Source of the DNA: Schmidtea nova
Taxonomy: Eukaryota
Length of the DNA: 64,000 nucleotides
Assembly: GCA_044892505.1 (NCBI GenBank)
Contig: CM097882.1
Location: forward strand, 19,964,001 to 20,028,000
Reading direction: 5' to 3'
A model generated the notes under the pieces. That model searched no databases. It was not told the origin of the DNA and saw only the letters and a program-made list of their open reading frames with translations. Shown piece after piece: positions 42,935 through 53,072 of this stretch. How positions within the stretch are numbered: position 1 is the first letter of the stretch; each line of letters opens with the position of its first letter. Both the position numbers and the translations under genes were made by a program.

Positions 42935-45900
42935 GTAAGTTTTATTCTTTTCGATTAGCTGTGCTGTTTGACCCAATGCTTTTCTCAGAATCATAATCAA
43001 TCCCTAATTTCTCTCTCAATTCCTCTTGGCAACCATCTTAAGTTTACTCCTTTCATTTCTTCCTCTTTTCCTCTGTCTAAATCTCGGTTTTCTAATTTCG
43101 TCTCAGACTCTGTTTTTACCTCGTCCTGTTTTCCTTATTTATTTGACTCCAATTTGGTTCCATCTAATATTTCGCGTTCATTTTCTTATGAACCGCCAAA
43201 AACTGTTCTGTTTCCATTTCTTTCCTTTTCTAATCCGTCATTGGAGTTTGATTTAATGTTCACTAGCCAATACGATGAGCCTGTTGAGGATTCCATTATT
43301 CAACCACTTAATAATACCTTTTCTATTGAATCCTTTGGTAACATTAACAATCCTTCCGATTCTTTGTTTTTATATGTATATTGCTCGGTAAATGATAAAC
43401 TGTTGAAATTCTCTGACGCCATCTCCTGTGATGTGATTGACCCGAGTTCTGTGATACTTTCACTTTCCAATGAACACAATCTTATCTCCACTGTGAAATT
43501 ATCCCAGGCGTTGTCTGACGATCTTGTTGATCTAAATCACGGTTTCATATTCCTTTCCCAAGGAGATCCTATTAGTTTAATTAATCTCTTCGCAAATGGT
43601 TGCATTTTCGGTCTTGATGAAACTCTAGAATTGCGGATGCTGACTTTTGCGGATTCTTTGAAATATGACAATTCCTCTCATTTTATGTCTAATTTTTCGA
43701 AACGCAACTCTCTTTCTTCCTCTAAATTGATCCATGTTGAAAGGGTTTGGGATGAAATGATTGGTGAATCAGTGCTCAAGGTAAATTTGAATGTTGTCTT
43801 CGATTTTTTGAATCGCATGTTTTGTGCTGTCACAACTGTTGATTATCTCAGTTTGAATATTTGCATCTTGTTGTTTTAATCAGTGAATAATTAGTGTTTT
43901 TGATTAGATCAGTTTGTGTTTATTTGAACCTCAAATATCCTAGTTCCGATATATAGTTAATAATAATATACATCGTCATTTTCTGCATGCTTCATTTAAT
44001 TTTGTAATTAATTTCAATAAACTTGTTTTTTGATTATTTTTTGTCATAACATTTTTATCTAACAATTGTTTCTTTTAATCTGGCTTCATTAATTTAAGAC
44101 AACGAAGTGAGTTTTGCATTTTTCATTTTAATCTTACAAAAGCTAACTCCTGCTGGACCTGCAGATTAATTAACTTTATTTTTCTAATTTGTTATTAGTT
44201 TTCGTTATTTATTTATTAACAATTCTAGTCTGACGCTCCGAATGTCGCCAGTAGATATATTGAAATTGTGAAATCGGAATTAGAAAAGTTGGCCACAATC
44301 GAACAAAAGCTTCTTAAAGAAGTCAATGTATTTTTAAATGAAAAAGAAAACCAATTATTGCTCGATGAATTTCAAGTTATATTTCATTCCGGCGTCGTCG
44401 GTATTTTCATTGAATCATTTCTTTCAGGATGTCAACAATGATTTTGTTAGCCAACAGAACTCAGTTCTTACGTTAATTCACGAAATAGAAAGATTTCTAA
44501 TGAGAAAATACGACACAATTCCATTGGAAATGGAAAAGGATCTAGAGGAATCTACTAATCTACTGAAAACGCACACCAATCAGGTTTCAATAAATTTACG
44601 ATTGGCTTATTCGTTCTTAGAGTTTTGTTAAATTTTCAGACCCAAAAAGAAATCAATAACCGTTCGAGATTATTGATTGCAATTGTTGACGAGTTTGATC
44701 AATTTATCAATCGACTTAATGACTGTAACAGTGCTCATGAGAAACTGCAATCATCAATTGAAAAGATATCCAATGTCGAATCGATTGAAAATTTGCAGAA
44801 ATCTCTCACAGACCTAATGCTATTGGACAATGAATTTGCGTCTTACAATAACGATATTCGCGTTTTGATTGGTTCAAAAATAAAGTTCATTGATAAGATT
44901 AATAAACTCGACGAACATAGAGTTCGTTCTTTTGATTTTATTTTTTTTCAATGAATTTTTATTTTTATTTTCAGAAAAAGTTTAGCGATTTTGTTAAAAT
45001 TCCATTCGTTAGTAACAAAGATTCGAAAATGGAACAAGAAATCAGTGCATTGTTAAAGGAAATAACTGACGGACAAAGAGATCTGCAAGACTTATACAAA
45101 ACAAAATTGTCTCAAATGAAAGATGCTTTAGAAAATTTGGAAAATCTAATGGAAAAACAAAAGAAAATTGATGAAATCTCTGAAAAATCACGAGAGGAGT
45201 TAGACAAAATTTTATCCAATAAAGAAGAGTTATCAATTCATTCGTTATTGCCTTATACGGATAATCTTCATAGACTGAACGGTGAAATGTCCAGTACTTC
45301 TAAAATGATAAAGGTAACTTTTAATCAATATATTTTTTAAAATTTTTTTCAATTGATATCACTTGATTTTGTAGTTTTTATTAAAACGTTTTTCATATTA
45401 CAAGTCCTTGCGGAATTCTGTTTAATAAGTGCTTTGGTATTGCTATTAATGGCATTGAAATGAATTGAAAATGTTTTAATAAGAAATAATGTAGTTATCA
45501 TTGCTAATATATAGTTTTCATAGGCTCTAGGCCAGTGTTTCCCAACGTGGGGCAATTTGCAAATCTACACGACACGACTTTGACCCCTTCGCTACTGTCT
45601 TTTTAAATGCCATGCTAGATGTCGGTGAAAATTTTTTTAAAGCAAATTCTTATAAATAAGGGGGCATAATTCACCACTTAATTACTTTAACGTTATTAAA
45701 ATCTTAATTGAGTGCTTAGAGTCGTGAAGTAAACTTGTATAGTATCACTAAAAATGTTTCCTGTTCGGTAATCTGTTTTAATTTTATTTTAATTACAGTT
45801 TTTAATTGTATTCTTGAAATTCTTTCTTTATTATGATAACAATTTTACAGTGTTTTTTAATAGAGCATATCATTTATAATATTTTTAAACAAAACAAATA

Positions 45901-48900
45901 AAATTTTGATGTTTAAAATTTTTTATGGGGACATAGAGGTTTAAAAATTGTAAAAGTGGGGCATGGCCTAAAAAAGGTTGGGAAACACTGCTCTAGGCAC
46001 TCTTGTATACATCTCCGTTATTGTAGGTCCCTCCATTACATTTTATAAAAGAGTAAACCTCCCAACTCTTTCACTGGTTTTATTATCATTCTAAAATCTG
46101 TCTAATTTCTTAATTTCTCCCTTAAAATGTTATGGTGTTTGACCACTTTTTCGGATACGTTTTGTATTTCCTGTTGTAGTTCAACATTTTATTTATGATT
46201 TCTAATATCCTGTATAATTTTACTATTTATGAAAATATTCATCCGATTGCCTCTGGACACTGACTTTCAATTTTAAGTGAAATTCAACATTTCCAAGTCG
46301 AATCTGCTATAAGCAGACCATTTGTAAGTTACTCTTGTGATTATTTTTGTATTTTGATAGAATTGTGCAGTGTGCACAGTTTTCTGCTTATAACAGATTG
46401 AATTTATAAATGGTGCACTACTATGACTGGCACATTATTCGGAACATTTCTGTAATTGTTACTTACAGTTTGTCTGCATTGTAATTATTCAAGTGTCATG
46501 CTTTCACAAACACTTAGAAATTTCCGAAATTATCGGGATCAACATCCAGACTTTATCAAGCGTCCTATTTTTAATCGTGTGCAGTTTAAGTTTGCTGGCT
46601 TAAAAATAAATGACATTCGAAATTTTAGATATTATATCTTTCATATTTTTGATTCTTAAAACTGAATATTTTTGGTACTTTGTTTTGGTAAAGAAAGTTG
46701 GAGTCAACTCTAAAACAAATTATAACCATCTTTATTTTTAGTTTCTTATATTCAATAATTTCAGGAAATCGAAGACTGTCTACAAAACACAATCCAATAT
46801 CTGGAAGCCATCGGTAACACGAAAGGAAATATCGAGATTTTACGAAAGTCTATCGATGATTCTTTAAATACATTCGACAAAATAAACATAAGATTGCACG
46901 AAGTTCTTCAACACATCAACGAGCAAGCGATATCCAATGATGATACAGTGTATTCGATCAACAATCTAGATCATTGGCTGAAAGATATCGACCAGAGAAT
47001 AAAGATGATTGGTTCCCTCAGTCTCGATTCGAAACGTATCAACGAACAAGAGAGATTAATACAAACCATTCTTGCCGAAATCAGTAGTCGGCAGCCGTTT
47101 TTGGAGAATGTGCTAATAAATGATGCCACTAGAAATGAACCGAAAATGAAAGAGTTAGATGATAAGTATGCGGGAAAAATGTTTAATTTTATTTTAAAAA
47201 ATAACTAGAGAGGTGTAACATATACTAATAATATATTTTAAATGAGTTAAATTGACAATATACAAACTAAACAGCGTTGAATTACAAGTAATGCTAAAGA
47301 AATGTCTTTCGTTTTTTTATCATAGTCAACATAGAAACTTACAACATAGCTATAATTAGTGACAAATAAGGAGAGTTTGGATTCAAAGGGGTAATAATAA
47401 AAATTATTATTATTTGAGTTCTAAAAAGTAAAATAATATAAAAAGAAATGACCGTCAGTAAATAAATAATTTTTACACAGCTTTTTTATTCCTAGGAACG
47501 TCCATATCTATCACTACCAACTATTGACAATTTCGATTACATTTGAAAAGCATATTTAAAATGCAGGTAAATTATCGAATAATAAAAATGTGCTCAGTTG
47601 TGTTTATTTAAAGATAGTCTTTATTTTTATTAGAATGCGATTTTTATAAAGGTCTTCAAAAATATATATAGATAAGAATAATAATAAAAATAATAATTCA
47701 TTTTTACAACAAAAGTTTTACCCAATAAATTTATAATCTAATCATGTAACGAACCAATAGTATTAAAGCATGCTAAAAATATTAACCAATTAAAATTCTT
47801 TATTTATGAATTTATTTTATTATACCACTTTGTTTCGTGTAATTAATTTTATAAATTTTCTATGAATTTAGAATTAAGCAAAAATTATTGGTTGCTTTAA
47901 ATATCGAGGCAAAAGTAAATGACACTCGAAAACTGCTAGATTCATTTGAATTGGCTGTTAAATCATGCGGTGACTGGATTGCATTAACCACCGAATTACT
48001 ATCAGACAGAATGTTTGTTCGTTTGGATAATGAAAAATTCCAGGAGAAATTAGACGAAATTAAGGTAACTTTGTTATATTTGATTAACAATACGGATTGT
48101 TATTTATCTATAGAAAGGATATGAGATGAAAAAGAAAGAAATAGACCAGGCAAGAAAGATCTGCACAGAATTGGTTTCACAATCGAATTGCAAAGATCAA
48201 AACAGTATAGAGTCATGCATGGAAAACCTGGAAAAGGTCTGGTCATCTTTAAATGAGTTGATAAATTCTCGATCGAAAGAGTTGAGTGATCGGGAAAATT
48301 ATAGTGAAAAATATAGCGAATTGAAAGGAAAAATAATCGACAATTTGAACAACTGGGAACAAACACTGTCCATGAATGGTCCGCTTGCGATTGACTTGTT
48401 GACTCTGCAAAATCAACATGAGGATATAGAATATTTCATTAACGAATGGAATTCTACTAAATCCACCATTAATGAGTTCTACAAGATCGGATCTGAATAC
48501 GATGCGATAATGCAAGGATTCCCGTTAGGTGGAGACCAGCAAACCAGATTGATGAGTCCGCAAAGACGGTCATCAAGTAATATTGCTGTTTTATTGCTTC
48601 ATTATTACCGCCATTTAAACATTTATTGTATGTGTATTATCTGCGTATTTTGCTGTAGAAATTAAATCTGAGTTTAATATTCAACCGTTATCACCAACAA
48701 GTGTAACGAAACCAGTCGCTGGCAACCGACAAAGTGGCCACTATTCTGGAAGTGAATCCAGCGGTGTGTCTAGCGCTGACTATGTCAACCTTAATCAGGG
48801 TATAACTGGCAGCTTGCGCTCTTTCCCATAGGTTTTATTAATGAAATGCTTCTAGAATTTAGTGAAATTGTCTTGGAACTCAACGACATCAAAACTCGAT

Positions 48901-51900
48901 ACTCGGAGATTGGAGATCAGTTGGCCAATCGTAAATCCGACATCACGGCTCTTCTCAATAAATGTTTATCATTCGACAAAGAATATAAAGAATTTTCGGA
49001 TAAGTTAGATAGTGAACTGGATGAACTTCTATCAGTAGATGCCAAAAATTTGATCTTAAATGATGAGATAACGACTTATGAAAGGTAATTTTGTTTTATT
49101 CAAGNNNNNNNNNNNNNNNNNNNNNNNNNNNNNNNNNNNNNNNNNNNNNNNNNNNNNNNNNNNNNNNNNNNNNNNNNNNNNNNNNNNNNNNNNNNNNNNN
49201 NNNNNNNNNNNNNNNNNNNNNNNNNNNNNNNNNNNNNTACATCGTGCAGCCCGCCAGCTGCGTATGTCCAACATCAGCTGATCTTTTAGCAACGAAGGCC
49301 ATCCTTTTAATCGAGATCCGGAACCGATAATGCCATTTTCAAATGTGATTTGAATGTCTCCCATTGGTCATTTCAATTCACCATAATGCGATAAATCATC
49401 CGGTGCGCATTGTTAACTTCGAACTGCCATATCCATTTTATCCGTGAAAAACACCGGTTTGATTTGTTCAGCAATAGCCTGTTGCAATAAGATCTCTGAT
49501 CGAACGCAGACTCCCGAAACACAATTCACAAAGACAAGTATTCCGTCACTAACTCGCAATAATGCTTCCATTTCACTGCTGAAAATCAGTGTGGCCAGGA
49601 GAATCGATTAAATTGATTATAAATCCTTTTTCATCAAAAATCGGAATTGAATTAAATTCAAATTGTCGAAATCAACAACAAATTTTATTTAACCAAAATT
49701 TGAATTTCCAAAACAAATTAATTTTCCAAGATAAAAATTTCTAATCTAATTCATCAAATTCAAATGTCGAGCCAAAAGCAAATTTCCTTTTTTTTAAACT
49801 CCCTCACAAATTTGATTCCATTGAATTAATAAAACAAAACTACAGAATATCAAAATCCAAAAAATAATTCCAATAAAATCAAATCGAATATTCACCAAGA
49901 AAAAATCCGAAATCCAAATCCATCATCATAAATAACTCAAAACAATTCAACCAAAACGAGCACACAGACGCGAATTAAACTACAAATGTCACGGCACATA
50001 CACACACATGGCTCATCATTTGGGCCATGATNNNNNNNNNNNNNNNNNNNNNNNNNNNNNNNNNNNNNNNNNNNNNNNNNNNNNNNNNNNNNNNNNNNNN
50101 NNNNNNNNNNNNNNNNNNNNNNNNNNNNNNNNNNNNNNNNNNNNNNNNNNNNNNNNNNNNNNNNNNNNNNNNNNNNNNNNNNNNNNNNNNNNNNNNNNNN
50201 NNNNNNNNNNNNNNNNNNNGTCGGTTGCAAGTTCTTATTTAAATAAATAAAGCGAAGACAATTACGTTTTCTAATGTTTAATTATCAATACAATTTACAA
50301 AATTTCAATTGTGTTTGCTATTAAAAGATTTACAAAGATATAAATTCACTGATCCCTGCTGTTTTTACCAGCCTGCAAGAAGTAGTTGATACCTGAGTAA
50401 CATAACTATCGTAAATAAAGAGGGCAAGCAAGAATGTGATTTTGAGGCTACCCGAGTAATGGCGAAACGGTACTTGTTTCCCTCTACTACTTTTGAAACT
50501 ATTAATTAATTTATTTATAGAAAATGGTTAGCATTTTAAAAGTGGATAACCGTCGTTCAAAAAATCCCTTTACTATTTTTTCTTTAACTAAAATATATCC
50601 TGTAGTAAACGATTCTCGAATAATCGTAATCCACCACACTAATTGTTCATTCTCTGAGTATCTCCAAATAAAACTTTTTTACAATGAAATTGATCTCGCT
50701 TCCTTTTAAACTAATATGTTCCTCCTGGCGAATACTTATACTAAACTATTATTACTGATGCTTATAATGAAATATTATTATTTTTCTAGGCCAAAATACA
50801 AGCATCTCCTGACTCATAAGTTATGAAGGTGTTTATACTGGTAATAACTATCTATACACACCATTTCCAAATTCAATCTGCTAAAAGCAATAAAAATATG
50901 TACTCTACCCTATGCATGCATACATAATTATTAGTGAAATACGGTCAGAACCACGAGATAAATACGAAAACGGATATTAAATACATCGGGATTTATCTAT
51001 ATTTATCAAACGTACAAATGTGCAGGGAAATGTTTTTCGACTGTTTTATAATAAACTCCAAAAATGTCACGTGAGTGTGACGTACAAATTGTCTGCTTAT
51101 AGAAGATTCAATTTAGAAATGGTGAATGTTATTACTTGTCTATGTATTAGTCACACTCTTGAAAATGAAAGGGTTTTTACTTACAAATATAAGTAACTAA
51201 TTTTATGTTTTAAAAGCTTAAAAATATCAGATCAAAGATTTTAACATTATTGAAAAATATTAATAAATAATAATAAAAATTTTAACAAGGATCGATGAAG
51301 ATATAAGAAACCTGCGTCCAACATTGATGAATATTGTATCAACGGGGCAAGATTTGCTTCGCCACCGAGAATTAGTGCCTGGCGGTGTGGAATTAAAATC
51401 CAAATTAGATAGATTAGAGAAAAAATTCATTTCCCTGAAAGATTCAGCGAAAAAGCATTTGAATTTTCGTCGAAATACTGATAGTCAAATGAAGAAGTTC
51501 GCCGAAATGAAGAAGTCAATAGAAAACAACATTACACGAAAAGAAAGGATGCTGAATGTGCTAGGTCCAGTCGGTACATCGGTTTCATATGGAAATGCTC
51601 AATTGCAGCAAGTAGGATTTAATTTACTGCTTATTTTGTTTTAATTAGTGCGATTTTTATTTCAACAGGTGAATGCGCTTATCGATGAAGTGGAAGGATT
51701 GGAAACTGACGTGAAAGAGTTACGAGATATTGGCCAAGAGATTGTCAGAAGTATGTCACCGACATCATCAGAGGTTGACGACATTGAAGACACGATGGGT
51801 AGACTGTCGAAAAAGGTCGACAATTTAAATAAACTGTTGAAAGATCGTGAATTAAATATCCATGCAATTATGGGTCCAAGCAAAGATTTCTATAAGTTAA

Positions 51901-52413
51901 TCAACTCCGTCTCTGATCGATTGGCGGTGCTTCAAGAAAATATTGACAAGTAAAAGCAAATTTGTTTTAACTCATGTATTGTTTTTCGGTCTAGAAACGA
52001 CACAAACGTGTTGACTAGTTTCGATTGGGAGGAAATCCAAATCGAATTAGACAACATCAAATCCATGTTACAGGAATCAGAAAATCTCTCGAAGACTCTC
52101 TTGGAATCAATCTCCGATGAAAATACACACTATGAAATCAAGAATAAGGTTGGAGACGTTATATTGAAAGGATTTTATATAGAGATCTGTTGTCTAGGTG
52201 AGCAATTTGTCGAGACATTGTCGAGAAATCCAGTGGAAAATTGATCACAGTGTGAACATGATCGGCAAACGGAGCCAGCATGAAGATGTAATACTCACGA
52301 AATTAGAGGACACGGAACAGTGGCTGCATCAGAAACAAGACCAAATTAATTTGCTATCATTGGAGACCGGAGAAATGCCGACAACTCTGTCAGACAATAT
52401 GCGCCAGTTACAG
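1..52413 (+). CDS. shot: Spectraplakin (Short stop/MACF1/dystonin family), internal portion, 5' and 3' partial. Exons: <1-42934, 42989-43780, 44229-44375, 44428-44583, 44640-44921, 44975-45313, 46765-47165, 47872-48064, 48114-48576, 48659-48799, 48832-49084, 51290-51611, 51669-51949, 51995-52148, 52198-52413
   Basis: Hand-spliced model: all 14 introns are GT..AG with matching phases (0,0,0,0,0,0,2,0,1,1,2,0,2,0). The order plakin-repeat region then spectrin repeats is the established layout of Shot/MACF1b/BPAG1b. The symbol is a family-level orthology call from motifs; no search was run. Confidence 0.85.
42989..43780 (+). CDS. Spectraplakin exon: Ser/Phe-rich linker plus degenerate plakin-like motifs
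   Basis: Part of ORF 42968..43879. The acceptor TTTTCTCAG gives a 54-nt phase-0 intron, and the donor is AAG|GTAAAT at 43780. Motifs [27 protein letters not shown] and [12 protein letters not shown] resemble [13 protein letters not shown]. Confidence 0.7.
44229..45313 (+). CDS. Four rod-domain exons (44229-44375, 44428-44583, 44640-44921, 44975-45313)
   Basis: Introns of 52, 56 and 53 nt, all phase 0. The product is helical and E/K/L-rich ([29 protein letters not shown]...); these exons explain ORFs 44338, 44625 and 44951. Confidence 0.8.
45533..45990. mobile_element. hAT (Charlie/Buster-like) non-autonomous MITE, 458 bp, intronic
   Basis: Perfect 14-bp TIRs CAGTGTTTCCCAAC / GTTGGGAAACACTG and a perfect 8-bp TSD CTCTAGGC (45525-45532 and 45991-45998) with central TA. 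GGGGC-type subterminal motifs are present and there is no ORF. Confidence 0.92.
46765..49084 (+). CDS. Spectrin-repeat exons (46765-47165, 47872-48064, 48114-48576, 48659-48799, 48832-49084) with a Ser/Pro-rich insert
   Basis: Spectrin helix-A Trp motifs [24 protein letters not shown] and [25 protein letters not shown] Ser/Pro-rich insert (SPQRRSS...[10 protein letters not shown]) is followed by [19 protein letters not shown]. Splice phases 2,0,1,1 match. Confidence 0.85.
49238..49635 (-). pseudogene. EEF2: Decayed eukaryotic elongation factor 2 fragment (GTPase G3-G4 region)
   Basis: The minus strand reads [68 protein letters not shown]...[23 protein letters not shown]. This matches the conserved eEF2 segment [25 protein letters not shown]...[21 protein letters not shown]..NKMD...PMG...GFGSGLHGWAF. 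It has frameshifts, two stops and a ~15-codon deletion. Confidence 0.88.
51290..52413 (+). CDS. Spectrin-repeat exons (51290-51611, 51669-51949, 51995-52148, 52198-52413)
   Basis: The phase-2 acceptor at 51290 matches the donor at 49084; introns are 57, 45 and 49 nt. Spectrin-like motifs include [38 protein letters not shown] and [15 protein letters not shown]. Confidence 0.85.
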
Positions 52414-52682
52414 GTCTGCTTATATTTCCGAATCGGTAAATTATGATAAGCAGCCATCGGATCCGATTATTAGCTCTTCTTTTTAACACGTGACAGGCGA
52501 TAAGCAAAAAATTCATTTAAAATCACAACACTGATTAGTGTAAGGGTTCGCAACCCTGAGGAGGGGAATTCGAACCAGGGGTTTGTTGGATGATGTTATT
52601 TAAAATTACTAAAATTAGTTTTCAAGTTCCAAATCAGTAGGAGGCTATGAGCGGTCCAGATCCACTACCCCCATGTGTGTAT

Positions 52683-53072
52683 ATTACGTAATCGCTCGGA
52701 CTTTACATAGTACACATGATTACGCAATTCTCGGGTTTTACATAGCACACACGTTATTACGTAATATTTCTCGGCCTTTTACATAGCACACAAATTATGA
52801 TGTCATGATTACGTAATCGAGGTCAAAGGTCAAGGTCATTTCGAGGTCGAGGTCAAGGTCATTTTTTTTGTTTTAATTTAAATTTTTTGGCGCAATTTTT
52901 GAATTTTATTGCCGTTTGTTTAAATAAAGTAAATTAATAATTATTTTTTTTGGCGCAATTTTTGAATTTTACCGCATTTTTTTTTGAATTTTAGTTTAAA
53001 TTTTTTGTCGCAATTTTTTGAATTTAAGCGTCATTTTGTTTAATCAAAGTAAATTTTTAGCGCAATTTTCAA
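52683..53072. promoter_or_regulatory. Cluster of repeated TF-like motifs (ATTACGTAAT x3 plus ATTACGCAAT; AGGTCA/G x6; TTTGGCGC x2), probably part of a repetitive element
   Basis: ATTACG(T/C)AAT at 52683, 52719, 52756 and 52808, within ~37-50-bp repeats. Half-sites at 52820, 52827, 52833, 52844, 52850 and 52856. TTTGGCGC at 52886 and 52949. Function is not shown by the sequence. Confidence 0.45.

Noticed and set aside
42956-42961. Stop-codon readthrough linking the 14318-aa and 303-aa ORFs
   Set aside because: The TAG lies inside a GTAAGT..CAG intron of the size typical for this gene, so splicing is the simpler explanation.
42786-43879. Inversion or misjoin, or a minus-strand gene, suggested by the sudden T-richness (ORF 43300..43491 -)
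   Set aside because: Minus frames are interrupted by stops, whereas the + frame is open for more than 300 codons, has plakin-like motifs and phase-matched splice sites.
47496-47576. Possible extra exon (CCTAG|GAACG...ATGCAG|GTAA)
   Set aside because: All three frames contain stops, and 47165 splices in phase directly to 47872.
45042-51883. Small antisense ORFs over spectrin exons and intronic ORFs (46456, 50524)
   Set aside because: They are short, lack recognisable motifs, and are explained as shadows of coding exons or chance frames in AT-rich introns.
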